DNA from: Balanoglossus misakiensis
Lineage: Eukaryota > Animalia > Hemichordata
Length of the DNA stretch: 64,000 bases
Assembly (NCBI GenBank): GCA_040954595.2
Contig: CM082577.2
Location: forward strand, 14,267,903 to 14,331,902
Direction: 5' to 3'
How positions within the stretch are numbered: position 1 is the stretch's first letter; every line of letters begins with the position of its first letter. This document shows, one piece after another, positions 1 to 11,700 of this stretch. The notes under the pieces are model-generated. The model made no database searches and had not been told where the DNA came from. It saw only the letters and a list, made by a program, of their open reading frames with translations. A program made the translations under genes and the position numbers.

Positions 1-870
1 ACATGCTGAAACTAGCTTGTCAGCTTTATATTGCGTTAATGTCACAATCATTAGAACAGAGTCAATCTCAAACCCTAAAAAGGTGAGTTTCTGAGTGGGG
101 ATGAGAACAGATTTAACTGGATGATGCATAAACCCAAGTTCTTCCACAAGGGCCACAGTATCCAATACATTATGATGACATTCATCGAAGGTATTTCCCA
201 CTAGGAACGAATCATCAATATAACCCATAATGGTGTGACCCATCTGGCGAAGTGTAGTATACACTGGCTTAAGCAATTTAGTAAACTAACGTGGAGCAGA
301 TGCCAATCCATTGGGTAGGCAGGTATACTGAAACAAATTGCCTTTCCACACAAATTTGAGATATTTTTGGTGGTCTTCTGCAATAGGGACAGAATAATAC
401 GCATCTTTAAGATCTACTGATGCCATGTAGCAACCACATGCAACGAGGCGTATGGCTGTTTCAAAAGTATCCATTTTGAAATGATGATACTGCACTGATT
501 CATTAAGACACTTAAGATTAAGAATCATTCTAAAATTACCATCCTTTTTTGGTACAACAAAAATTGGTGACAGAAATTCACCAGCACAGTGATGAGAATA
601 CACAATAACTTGTTTCGAAAGTAAATTGCTAATTTCATTAGCAATATTGGCCTCCTCATTTGCATTGAAAGATGCTGATTTAGGTGCATACACTTGCACT
701 GGTGGAAGACCATTGGTAAATTCAATGTGAGCATGCAGAGCAATATCAATTATACGTTCATCAGATGTAATATTACGCCATTTATCTGCAAAATGTTTCA
801 GTCTACCTGCTGTAAAACTTTGTACATTACCTAGTGAAATACTCACAGGTGAAACAGCAGTGGTATCCAT
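1..870 (-). pseudogene. DIRS reverse transcriptase (pol) with an in-frame nonsense codon; partial
   Basis: Motifs AGRLKHF..W, FLSPIFVVPKKDG.FRMILNLK.LN, HFKMDT, MASVDLKDAYYSVPI, LPNGLASAPR. After TAG at 286-288 the same frame continues FTKLLKPV...IMGYIDDSFL...KSVLIPTQKLTFLGFEIDS to base 1 (YIDD catalytic motif). Confidence 0.9.
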
Positions 871-875
871 AGCCT

Positions 876-2054
876 CTACTTCGCTTGAGACTTGGCTTGA
901 GGCCTTGGCCCTTTGTAGTAGTTTTTTGGACCATCACGGTATTCAGCAAATTGTCTGTAGTTGCCACGACCTCTAACTGGTCCTCTGTAGCGGAAACCAC
1001 GACCTCTCATTCTGGCACGATAACCTCCTCTCATTTGTCGCACACCAATTTTATTTCCAGCCTTATTGACTTCTTGTATATCTTTTACTCGTCTGGAAAT
1101 GTCATCGCCAAACAAATAGTCTGTGAATGGCACAGTAGAAGAGCACAAATGGAGATAATCCAGTCTCAAATCCGGTTTAATGCAATCTCGTCTCCTGAGA
1201 TTTAACAGCCGATTGGTGTGCCCCAAAAAGGCCAGTGAATGGGTGCCCAGATCAAGTAATTTCTGGATGTCAACATTATCCTGAGGTTTGTCCTTTAACT
1301 TGGCTAGTTCACTAACCAGTTGACTTACACAAACTGATCCCTTCACAAGGGAATTTTGCACTACCTGGAACTTTGTGTCCAAAGTTCTTGTCTCTGGGCG
1401 TATGATATCCCAAATCAGTTGGTTTACTCTTACATTCGTCAACCCATGACAGTTTTCTGGGCGAAGAAACTTCTTAACAAGATCATTGTATTTCTCATCA
1501 GGAATTCCATCCCTGAAGAAAGCATTAATCATAGTAGCAAAATCTTCATCAACAGTATCATCACATTGTTCCTTTACCAGAAACATGGTAGCCATATCCT
1601 TGAACATGCTTGGTTGACTGGTGACGTCACTCACAGTGGCATCAGTAGCAGTAGCACTGCCGCTAGCCGAAGCACCAACTTCGGACGCGTCCGAAGCAGA
1701 AGGTTTCATGTGTGAGACAGTTGTCTCATCCTCGACATCTTCAACACAAATATCATTGTCATCTTCATAATAACAATCTTGTTCAATTTTCTCCATACGC
1801 GTAGTGAGCTTACCCTGATTGTCCTTGATCTCCGTAAGCAGATTCAAAATGGCCGACATCTCACCAGAACCAGCCGGTGTGTCTACAGATGACCTGCTCA
1901 CCTTGCTACTAGTCGCCTCCGACGTTGTGTCGCCCGTGACTAAAACAGCGGCACTATCACGTTTACGCTTGGACTGTTTGTCAACGTCTGAAACAACTGC
2001 ACCCCCAGCATCCTTAGATGCAATGTCCGTGCTGACACTTCGTTTGGGTGGCAT
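876..2054 (-). CDS. DIRS gag-like ORF1 (392 aa)
   Basis: Motifs RPENC..L..VRVNQLIW, LDTKFQVVQ, LNLRRRDCIKPDL, HLCSSTVPFTDYLFGDD and an RG-rich C-terminus, typical of animal DIRS gag proteins. Confidence 0.85.
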   Translation of the reverse strand: MPPKRSVSTDIASKDAGGAVVSDVDKQSKRKRDSAAVLVTGDTTSEATSSKVSRSSVDTPAGSGEMSAILNLLTEIKDNQGKLTTRMEKIEQDCYYEDDNDICVEDVEDETTVSHMKPSASDASEVGASASGSATATDATVSDVTSQPSMFKDMATMFLVKEQCDDTVDEDFATMINAFFRDGIPDEKYNDLVKKFLRPENCHGLTNVRVNQLIWDIIRPETRTLDTKFQVVQNSLVKGSVCVSQLVSELAKLKDKPQDNVDIQKLLDLGTHSLAFLGHTNRLLNLRRRDCIKPDLRLDYLHLCSSTVPFTDYLFGDDISRRVKDIQEVNKAGNKIGVRQMRGGYRARMRGRGFRYRGPVRGRGNYRQFAEYRDGPKNYYKGPRPQAKSQAK

Positions 2055-2760
2055 GACGTGTACAACTCACGTTGCGACGCTAACACAAAGTTAGTCTTCC
2101 AAATGTCTTCAGACGTACTAAAAACTGCTAAACTCGAACCACGTTCGAGCGACAAAAAAACAAATATTATCACCGAATTGTACCTTGACCAACTCGGCTG
2201 AACGAAGTTACAAAAATAATCGCAAAATTGAGCCAGACGAGAACACAACGTGTTTCGCTGGCGAAGGTCAACAGTGCAACTGAAGTTACTCATGCGCAGT
2301 GCATATCTCATGTGGTTCCTTGAGTGTGATGACGTAATAGAATTGTGTATACTCTTGCATCAGGAGGCTCAATAAACACGTGTGATAGCTCCAGGACTCA
2401 TGCATAAGCTAGATCAGTTCAACAGATGTGCTATAGTGTTCCCAAAGCATTTCAGAATACAAAATTACTAATTTTCCTTAAATTGATGTCAAATTTGGGG
2501 AATCAATCTGACTACAGCTTTAGTGGAATGGTACTTTTTGGCGCCACCACTAAATAAACGCCTATAAGAGATGAAAAATAAATGCTTGTCATGACAAGCA
2601 AAACAAAGGAAATACAGCAGACATAAAGGAGAAGAATAGAGAAGATTGACAGACAATTTATGAGGGAGATTTATGCTGACAGAGGAGAACCTTAACAATT
2701 CGAAAGTGAAGAGTATATTTCGCGGGTGGGGCTTTTTTATCATTTTTAACGTTCACCTAC

Positions 2761-5700
2761 TTTGATATACGTGCTGAAATAGGTGACGTTAACAGCTTCG
2801 AGATATACACCTCCAATCGACTCATGAGTATCCGGCGGAGGGGGGTCACTTGCAAACGCAATGATGATGTCCTCTTCTGTGGCAAGAACTGGGAGACAGA
2901 TGTAATAGTGAAGACCGAAATCGGATTGATGTGAGATGATTTCTGCAGTCAGCTTTTCAATATATACCATAGTTATCAATGTCTTGAGACAAGTTAGTCA
3001 CACAAGTGAAGAATCTCGAATGGACAGTAAAAAGAAGGTGATAACATTTTTCTCTATAAAAGAATTACCAAAATGTCAAGCAATCTCCGCCTGACATTAC
3101 ATAGATTAAAAAAAAGACATACCTTCTATCAAACTGTCCTGACTGTCCGTGAACGACAAACTTAAGACATCGTTAGCAAAGGAACCACTTCTTTCGTCAT
3201 ATTGGAGGCATCTCCTATTCACACTTGTAACCTGTGCATGTTCAGAAGAAAGCCTTTTTAGGCCACTGCTACAATCTGCAGAGCAACCCAACCCGTACCC
3301 GTGTCTGTGACGCGACACCCAGGCTCTGGATCTTGCTGGGCCGTACTTTTGCATTCTCTCGACAAGACAAGCCATGATTTGTACGTGGATGCATCAAACG
3401 GGTAGAAGACTCTAATACCTTGTGCTGTGTACGTGTTTGAAAATTGCCCGTTCCTGCATGCAGTGATTGCGTATACATGTACGACCACCCCGTGTGCAAT
3501 AAGTACAATTAACAGATCAGGAACCTTGTAAGTAAACATGGATATATGTTTGCATGTCTTGCGATAGGGACCCGCCACACTAATATTGAACTTGTTGTAT
3601 TACAAACACAAGAACATGCAGTCTTGTAGTTCACGAGTAACGAAAGAGTGACTTTAAAAAACTTACTATCATATTAATATGCTCTCCTGGAGTACAGTTT
3701 GGGAATATTTTCTGTGCTGGTGGAATGACCACGACATTGCCATCTCCCAGTTGTATCTCTGTGTTAGTTAAATTCTCAACGTTGTCGACTTCCAAATACA
3801 AATCGATGTTTGTTGTATTCAACACGATTGGACCACTGCCAGGTTCAGAGTTTCGCAAAGCAAATTTTGAGATGACGTCAGTTGCACGAAGCAGAGCTGT
3901 TAACAGTGACTGACTGTCGTAATAACTGTCACTGGATGATGACATCAGGGATGTCGTTGCAGTAATGAGAGAATCAATGAAGTGCACCATTCCTGCAAGT
4001 AGAACATGTATATGAAACATTTTATGAAATCATGGGCATGAATAATATTCAGCTAGTCGCTATTTATATAAGCAAATTTTGAAATCATGCCCTTTGTTGG
4101 AAAAAAATATTGTGACAACGCTGGTTATCAAATCCTGGGCCACTTCAAACTGAGTGATGGCAAATATGGAGAGACAAAATGATATCATTGTCTTATACAG
4201 ATATTTACGGCATCGAATTTGATGAACCCATATACAGGTCATCGTCGTAAAGCCACAGGTGACACTAACATAGTACACTTTTGATATCAAAATGTTGGCA
4301 GAAGAACTACATAGGCCAAGTATTTCCATATTTGATTCTGCAGTGGATAAGACCTTGGAGAAGAGCAAGATATTGAAGTATTGCAAACGGTGGATCACAC
4401 ATTACAATTCATTATGATGGCTTAAAATATAAGACACTATTTGATTGGAAGCATTCAACTCTACATATAAAGAATCGCAAATAATGAACAGCAGCAAGTG
4501 TCCGAATTTCTGTAGAAGCAAACCTTTCTTTCATGCACTGGGATGGGGCTTTAATCGCAAAAGGCAAACAGTTGCAAGGTTTACTGCAAAGATTAAGACT
4601 TTCTAATAAATTCAACGACACTTGCCTTCAGCCATATCTTGCCGTTCTGCTACAGACACATTGACATCTCGAAGTCCACAAATCGTGTCTGAAAAGCTGT
4701 TCAAAATCTCTATTATCTGTAGGAGTATATACGTGTATAGAGTAAAACATAAATGAACATTCGAAATTATGCTTACACAGTTGTTGCCTATGCAATTGAA
4801 ATATGTCCTTGTCGAGCTGTACACTACACTGCGCCGTATTGTTAATTTTTACAACAGGGTAATTGGCAGTCGACGTTACTGGAACACATCGTCACATTAC
4901 TTAATTGGGCGAATTGGTAGCGTTGGTTTGTTAGCACTGGCCTGTCCAGTCACACCACTATAATTTTGTGGCGCATTCTCGATACGTTGGTCCACGGGAA
5001 AAATGAAAGTTCTGGGATTTACTCAGGCTCGCCGCAGCACAGACAGGGTCAGAATTTAACGGGAGCAACGCTCATTTTTCCGATAACAACAGATGTACGG
5101 TATAGATAGGTAACTACATATTCTATTTAGTCCACCAGGCAGATTATTGTGCCCTTAATATATACCCAAATGCGTCAGACGTTTGAGTTCGTATGTCTGA
5201 GCTGTTTTGGTTTGATCGTGTTCTTTAAATGCTCAGCAGTTTATTTATAATTCCCTGCTTTCAATACTGTCGACATCGATCAAAATAATCTCCTTATGTA
5301 AGTCGTGGCCAATAATGAACTCAAACTCACGCATGATACTCCAGTATGTGCAAGGCCTCGCACATTAATGTCGTATGGTATAATTGTCGTAGATTATCAA
5401 TTTTTTACTTACATTTAAAGGTCTTTCATTGACATCTAAAGGTCTTACAACACCTTCATTGATGTACCGTAGAGTAGTCAACATGTACAATAAATGAAAC
5501 ATAATAGATCAAAATAAGAATCTCATATAGTTCTAAAACAATGTGAAACAAGCTGTATAACAGAAAGGCCTTCAAAAGTACAAAGTGAAGAAAATAAAAG
5601 TTTACATATTTTACTTCACGTCTAAAAAATAAAACTAGAATTTGAGAAACAAATGGTTTGTTCGATGTTTACACTTGAAAAGGTTAGTTTATTCTTGTAA

Positions 5701-8700
5701 AAATATTAAATGCAATTTACCATGAAATATCGTTTGCTGTACAGAATTAAAAGTTTGTTTAGAGGAAAAAATTTCCTACTTAAAATTAAATATATTGTCT
5801 GTCTACAGGAAAATCAAATCAAAATAAGACAGATTACTTTATCAAAATTAAAATATTGTGCGTCAAGATTACAGTTGCTTCCTCTAAAATATGTTTGCTT
5901 TTTGGGAAAAGTTATGGTAATTTAAAACAAGTTTAAAAGAAAAAATATCCTTGTCGTGTGGGGGCAACCGTACTAACTATAAAGACGAAAAACTGTTGAC
6001 ACTTTACCTTTGACTGTAACAGAAAATGAACAAGAAGCGGAATTTCCGTAAGGATCCTTAGCTGTGTATGATACAAAAGTAACACCGATGGTAAAGTTGC
6101 TTCCTGGTTCATGGCTGCCAGACACAGTCACATTTCTGGAATTGTCGCTCGCATTCAGAAATGGCAATGTCACTGGAATTGTAGGATTGTCCAAGTATGT
6201 CGTTGTTTCAATATCTGATGGACATGTGATGACAGGGTTTTCAGTGTCTGCGAAATGTTGAGAGGAACGATAGAAGTAAGATTGGTTGTTCATGAAAGTG
6301 CTGTATATTCAATACCTTTAGTAATTCGACGAGAGTACAACTGGTGATATTGCCTTTGCCATAATATTGGTTACACCAACACACACCGAATATATGTGCA
6401 AAGTGGCTGAAATGGCTTGACCAATTGATGTGATAATACAAACGTATACGTCCAGTTAGTAAGACTTCCATAATATCTTTGTCTCAGAATTTACCAAACT
6501 CGTCCACAAACGCGGCAACAATCTGTGTATTCTAGAATGAAAGTAAACTTGGATTCCCTTTTCTGTGTTAATCGGAACTGAAGCGTATTTTACGTACATG
6601 AATAACCATCAGGTAAACGAAAAAAAACGACGTCACCTTTAACTGTAACAGAAAATGAACAAGAAGCGGAATTTCCGTAAGCATCCTCAGCTGTGTATGA
6701 TACAAGAGTAACACCGATGGTAAAGTTGCTTCCTGGTTCCTGGCTGCCAGACACAGTCACATGTCCGGAATCGTCGCTACAAACCGGAAGAGGCCATACC
6801 ACTGGCATTGTAGGAATGCCAATGTATGTCGGTGTTTCAATGTCTGATGGACATGTGATGACAGGGTTTTCAGTATTCGCAAAATGTTGAGAGGAACGAT
6901 TAAAATAAGAGTATTTGTTCACGAAGAACTGTATGTTCAAGACCTTCAGTAATTCTTTTACATGTAACGTTGCATGTCCTGTCGAATGCAAATTTGATGC
7001 CCAGCTGAACTTACAGTGACTTGTTAATACAAGGCATAGTTCAAGTAGCTTGGCGTTCAGGCTTAGTATGAACATATGTCATTACTTTATGTTAATCAAA
7101 TCTGTATCATTACGAATAACAATTGATGCTGCTATACATTGTTCCCAATTTTAATTCCACTGTCAGCGACGCGGAGCTTATCAGATCGGGATGATTGTCT
7201 GTCGTCGTACGGCGTCCACCGTCTGTCAACATTTGTCTTCATCTCTGAAATCACTGGTCGGATGATGATATTGAAATTCGGTATGCAGATCCTCCGGGTG
7301 ATCTAAGTTTACTTTTGTTCAAATTGTGGTGAGATTTGCATTTTTGTACTTTTGGGGCTATTTCCGTTTGTTGATTCCCTTGAAAGTTGATATGTAGGTC
7401 TCTGGTGTGATGTATATCAGATTTTTTTTTCAAATTGTGACAAATTTTTCATTGCGACATTTCTACAGCATTCGCAAATTTGCCTTTTAGATCTGCTGTC
7501 AAGTTTAGTTGTTCGAGTCTCAAGAGAAATGCTCCATGTAAGTATGAAGCAGTTGCCCCTTATATATGCATTAGTATTACAGAGGAGATGTATCGGCCTC
7601 TAGGTCGCTTATGTTATTTATAATGTATGTAATATTTCCCACTTTTGTTCGCTTTCGTCACATTTGAATGCTCACAACTTCTCGTAAATATTCATACGTG
7701 TCTATCTTGTTATTTCTATTGTGTATTTTATTACAAATTCTACAGTTAACGAATTTTAAAATTCATTATAGGTCGATGTGTTGTTGATTTAAATATCCTG
7801 AGAACAGTGACATGTTTTATATTCAAGTTTCTGGATTTGTTTGCATTGGCTGCGGCCTGTCACTTGTCAGACCTACCATCATTTCCACTAGCTATTGTAT
7901 TTATTAAACGCATAATATCAAGGGTCACGTCGTGACAGTTCTTGTTGCATTATCGATGAAACCGCAACGAGAGTTTTCCTCACGCCGTAGGGTTGATCGG
8001 GGGTTTATCAGTTGTGTCAGACAGGTCTCTCTATCGACAAACGTGTCGAGTCATCCTAATTGAGAGGACCGTTTGTTGTGTTTTGTGCATATTGTTATTC
8101 TTTCCGATTTTTCAGACAATTCTGGACATTTCCGAACATGTTCCGTAAACCAAATTCAGAGCAAGACAATTTCAGCAGTTCGCAACTTCCGGGGTGATCG
8201 CCCACTTATATACTATAGCTTGCGATAGGAAATACTGCATGCGTGGGGACAGTAACATAATGTACCTCTCTTTCTTTTAATTCCGATTCAGTTGACACGG
8301 CATGCTCCTTCCAATCGAATGTCACCTTCAACTGGCCCTGGATGTGTGCGTGTCGAAGGAAAATATATTCATTGGCAAATAACTTGACTTTCCTTGTTTG
8401 ATTTTGCATGAATAGTGGGCGGTTAACCAAAAAATCTTACACTGTACCAAATGTCATGCTTTTAACCCAAAGTGAACGATTTATTGGTTAACCGCCCCCA
8501 CTAGTTTGGATTGTGGGTACATTTTCACTGCCTCGTTTAATTTTACGCCGTCTTAGATTATATATACCCGTTGGCATACTTGGTTTCCCTATGATCAAGT
8601 TAAGGGGGCCCACTTTAATTTCAAAAGAAGAAAAAAACAGGATCGAGCCGGTTTGTTAGTTCGTGGAGTAGAAATTTTACTGATAGCCTGCTTATCTCCG

Positions 8701-11700
8701 GTGATATGAAATCCCGCTCAAGCATATAAATGCTACAGAAAATGTACTATATATACGAATATATATTTTGAAACACCAATGTTTATTTTCTATTAAGGCT
8801 TTTTTGCTAAGCCGGTAAGTACTTTCTTATTGTTAGGATTAAAATCGCTCGATATCATTTCTGGGCTGGTAAAACTTGCCGCATCACAAAATTTGATTTT
8901 TTTAATCTCACAGTCATCCCAATTTCTTTTTAAAACATGTTATGTTAATTACCGTTGATTTGATAATTTAACAAACCTTTGCATTTAGTACTACAAGTCA
9001 GTAGTGACTGCACCAATTGTGATGAATATTGTCAGAAATGCAGTTCTTGTGATGTAAGATTAACTGTATGGACACATGACTTTTTCTGGCCTCAGTTTCT
9101 TTATGTAACATGCATATAAACGTTCACTTTCCATCACTTACCTGCACAAAGAACGCCTGCATCTTCATAGTGATCACAATCGTGTATTCCCCATCCAGAA
9201 TTGGAGCATTCAGTGAGAACCATTTCATTTCCACTGCATGTCACGTCATCCAACCATATCAGATTATTCAGACTATCTCCTGTTCCAAAATATTCTCCTG
9301 TATAGGCGGTTGCAGAACTGGAACTGAAATAGAGAATGCAACGTTTAGAATTCAAAATACTTTCTGCAACAGTGTATATACCCCCCCCCTCCAATATACA
9401 TTGTGGCATGCTTGTGTGTACGACCGTGAGTGTAGTGTGCACCCGCCTGAATTGTGTGTTTGGAAGTACAGAACTAATTAACCTCCTTCTTTATTATGTG
9501 TTTCTACATACTAGTCGGTTCCAAACCGATCATGATAGATCAAACCGATCATGATAGATCATGATAATGACTTCAACGTATACAAAACAAAACACTTTAA
9601 TTCTGTGACAGTGTATGTGAGCGTGCGTGCGTACGCATGAAATGTGAATATCGAAGTACAGAACTAATAAATCCATCCACAAAAGTGGTTCAAAAGCACA
9701 AGCCATTTTTAAAATAACACATCTTCTAATCACCTATATCCTAGTTGACGACAAACAACATTTGCAGCGTTTTGATCAAAGCCGTCATCACAGATTTTTC
9801 CCCACTGACCGTTGTGATATATTTCTACACGTCCTTTGTACTGATCCGTTCCTAACACCAAGCGAATGTCACCTTCAACTGGATGGTGAAAATATATTCA
9901 TTAAGAAACAACTTAGCTTGTTTAAGCTGTATTAGGCAAATACATGCAGTGTCTCAAATTTACCCTGTGTGAACCTGGTCAAGCCGTCTCAAATCTTAGA
10001 CGTTTCAGGACAACTTAAACCATTCACACATAATAATTTACGCCAGTATTTCATCTGAGACGTTTGGAGTATTTGCAAATAATACATTACAGCAAACATT
10101 TGCGGTCACATAATAAACGCTGACGAATATGATGGGCGAATACTTACCCTCTCTTACAATAACTCCTGACACTGCAGCTGAGTTAAAGGACGGCCAAGGT
10201 ACTCGATTCTTTAACCAACATCTTTTATTGTCCTTCAGGTAACTCCACGCAACACACAGACTGTTTCTCTTGCAATCCTCACAACACTCGTCAGCAGTAT
10301 CTTTGAGATTTTGATGTCCGTTGATTATATCATCGCCACTTCTGTTGATACCGTCCTCCGTAACACAAACAGGTTCTGTGGGTTGTACAGATAAATGTTA
10401 TTAACATGATATGGGGAAAGTGAATTTTGTGGCGTGAGATATATCTATGTCTTACCCGACGTGTTTTGCTAGAAAATCACGTATCCTATAGTAAACTGTA
10501 CTGCAGTTAAACACATTACATTTTAGAAAAACTAAACAAATATATTTACCACTCCTATATTATGACTTGCCTCAAGAGTAAAGCTTAAATTAGGGACTTT
10601 TATTTGTTATTCAATGGCCATTTTAAACATTGCATGCTGAATACAGATTAAAACAATGATTGGTGTTCTTTAACACATTCACTTACATTAGTGATACAAA
10701 TCAGGATAGATACATGAAAGCCACATGAGCTGCAACTGGCTAAAACTGTAAGCTTTAAATAATTAAGCAATAATATTATATCAACATATCAGTGTCATTG
10801 TCTTACCGAAACGGCGTCAGAAAGAGAAATTACGATCGTGAACCAACATGGCGACGATGAATGTAAACACGAGCGGCCGGGAGCGAGCATTAAACATGAA
10901 GCAGATGACAAAAAGTGACAAGACGGGCATCGCGCGTGGCAAAGTGACAAATATTTCAACAGAGCAGTTCCAAAATAAAACGTCCGTTAATTGAACAGTA
11001 TTTTAGTTTTATTTATTTGGTTTAAACACGCGCGATTGTGGTTTAACCGCACATTTTTGCTGCCGTATTCTAGTTCAGGGGCCCGTTTTAGCAGTGCATT
11101 ATTGAGTATTTTAGCATCACTGGATTGAGCTCTCGTCCAATCAGAATTGCGGACGGTAGCATGATATAATATAATCTCAGATATGCTTTTGATTCTGTCA
11201 ATCAAATGATATTGTGTGAAAGTATATCAACATCAACACTTATAATGACAAAATGGCCGAAAAATTGAAGAAGTATCAGGAGAGTCGAAAATTCCTGACA
11301 TTTTTGAAGAGTGCAATTTTCCACTGAAAAATGAAAATGTTACCAGGTATGTCTCAGTGGAATACATTTAATTCCATGAGTTCTAGTAGATGAGATTATG
11401 CTTTGTTTATGAAATTCCATAGCCAGAAAAGCAACATTGTCATTCTTTCTTGCATTTTCCCACGGTGGCAGACATATTCCCGGCAAAGCTTTATTATTTA
11501 TCTAGCTAACATTTGACTATGCACTCATACTTAGGGTTTATAATACTTGTTATATAGTTCAGTGCATACATCGGTATGGGCTAATGGTAGTTAATGGGGC
11601 ACTTCACAAATCATATCCAGAGAAAAAAAGGAGAGGATGAAATATAGACATTTTAATTATACATCTCCAGAAATGTGAAGAAGCAGTTCGGGTGCAAGCT

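Larger units (their letters stand above)
1..2480 (-). mobile_element. DIRS-type (tyrosine recombinase) retrotransposon, 5' portion; continues off the left edge
   Basis: DIRS-like gag ORF 876..2054 followed by an RT ORF. The RNase H and recombinase regions would lie beyond position 1. The 5' boundary (about 2330-2480) is approximate. Confidence 0.85.

Noticed and set aside
885-2094. Plus-strand ORFs overlapping DIRS gag
   Set aside because: They are antisense shadows of the real ORF with no motifs. The same applies to antisense ORFs over the HYR, CRAL-TRIO, pentraxin and GPCR exons.
3258-3578. 106-aa minus-strand ORF as an extra receptor exon
   Set aside because: It has no convincing phase-compatible splice sites, and the flanking exons (ending 3667, starting 3231) already join in frame.
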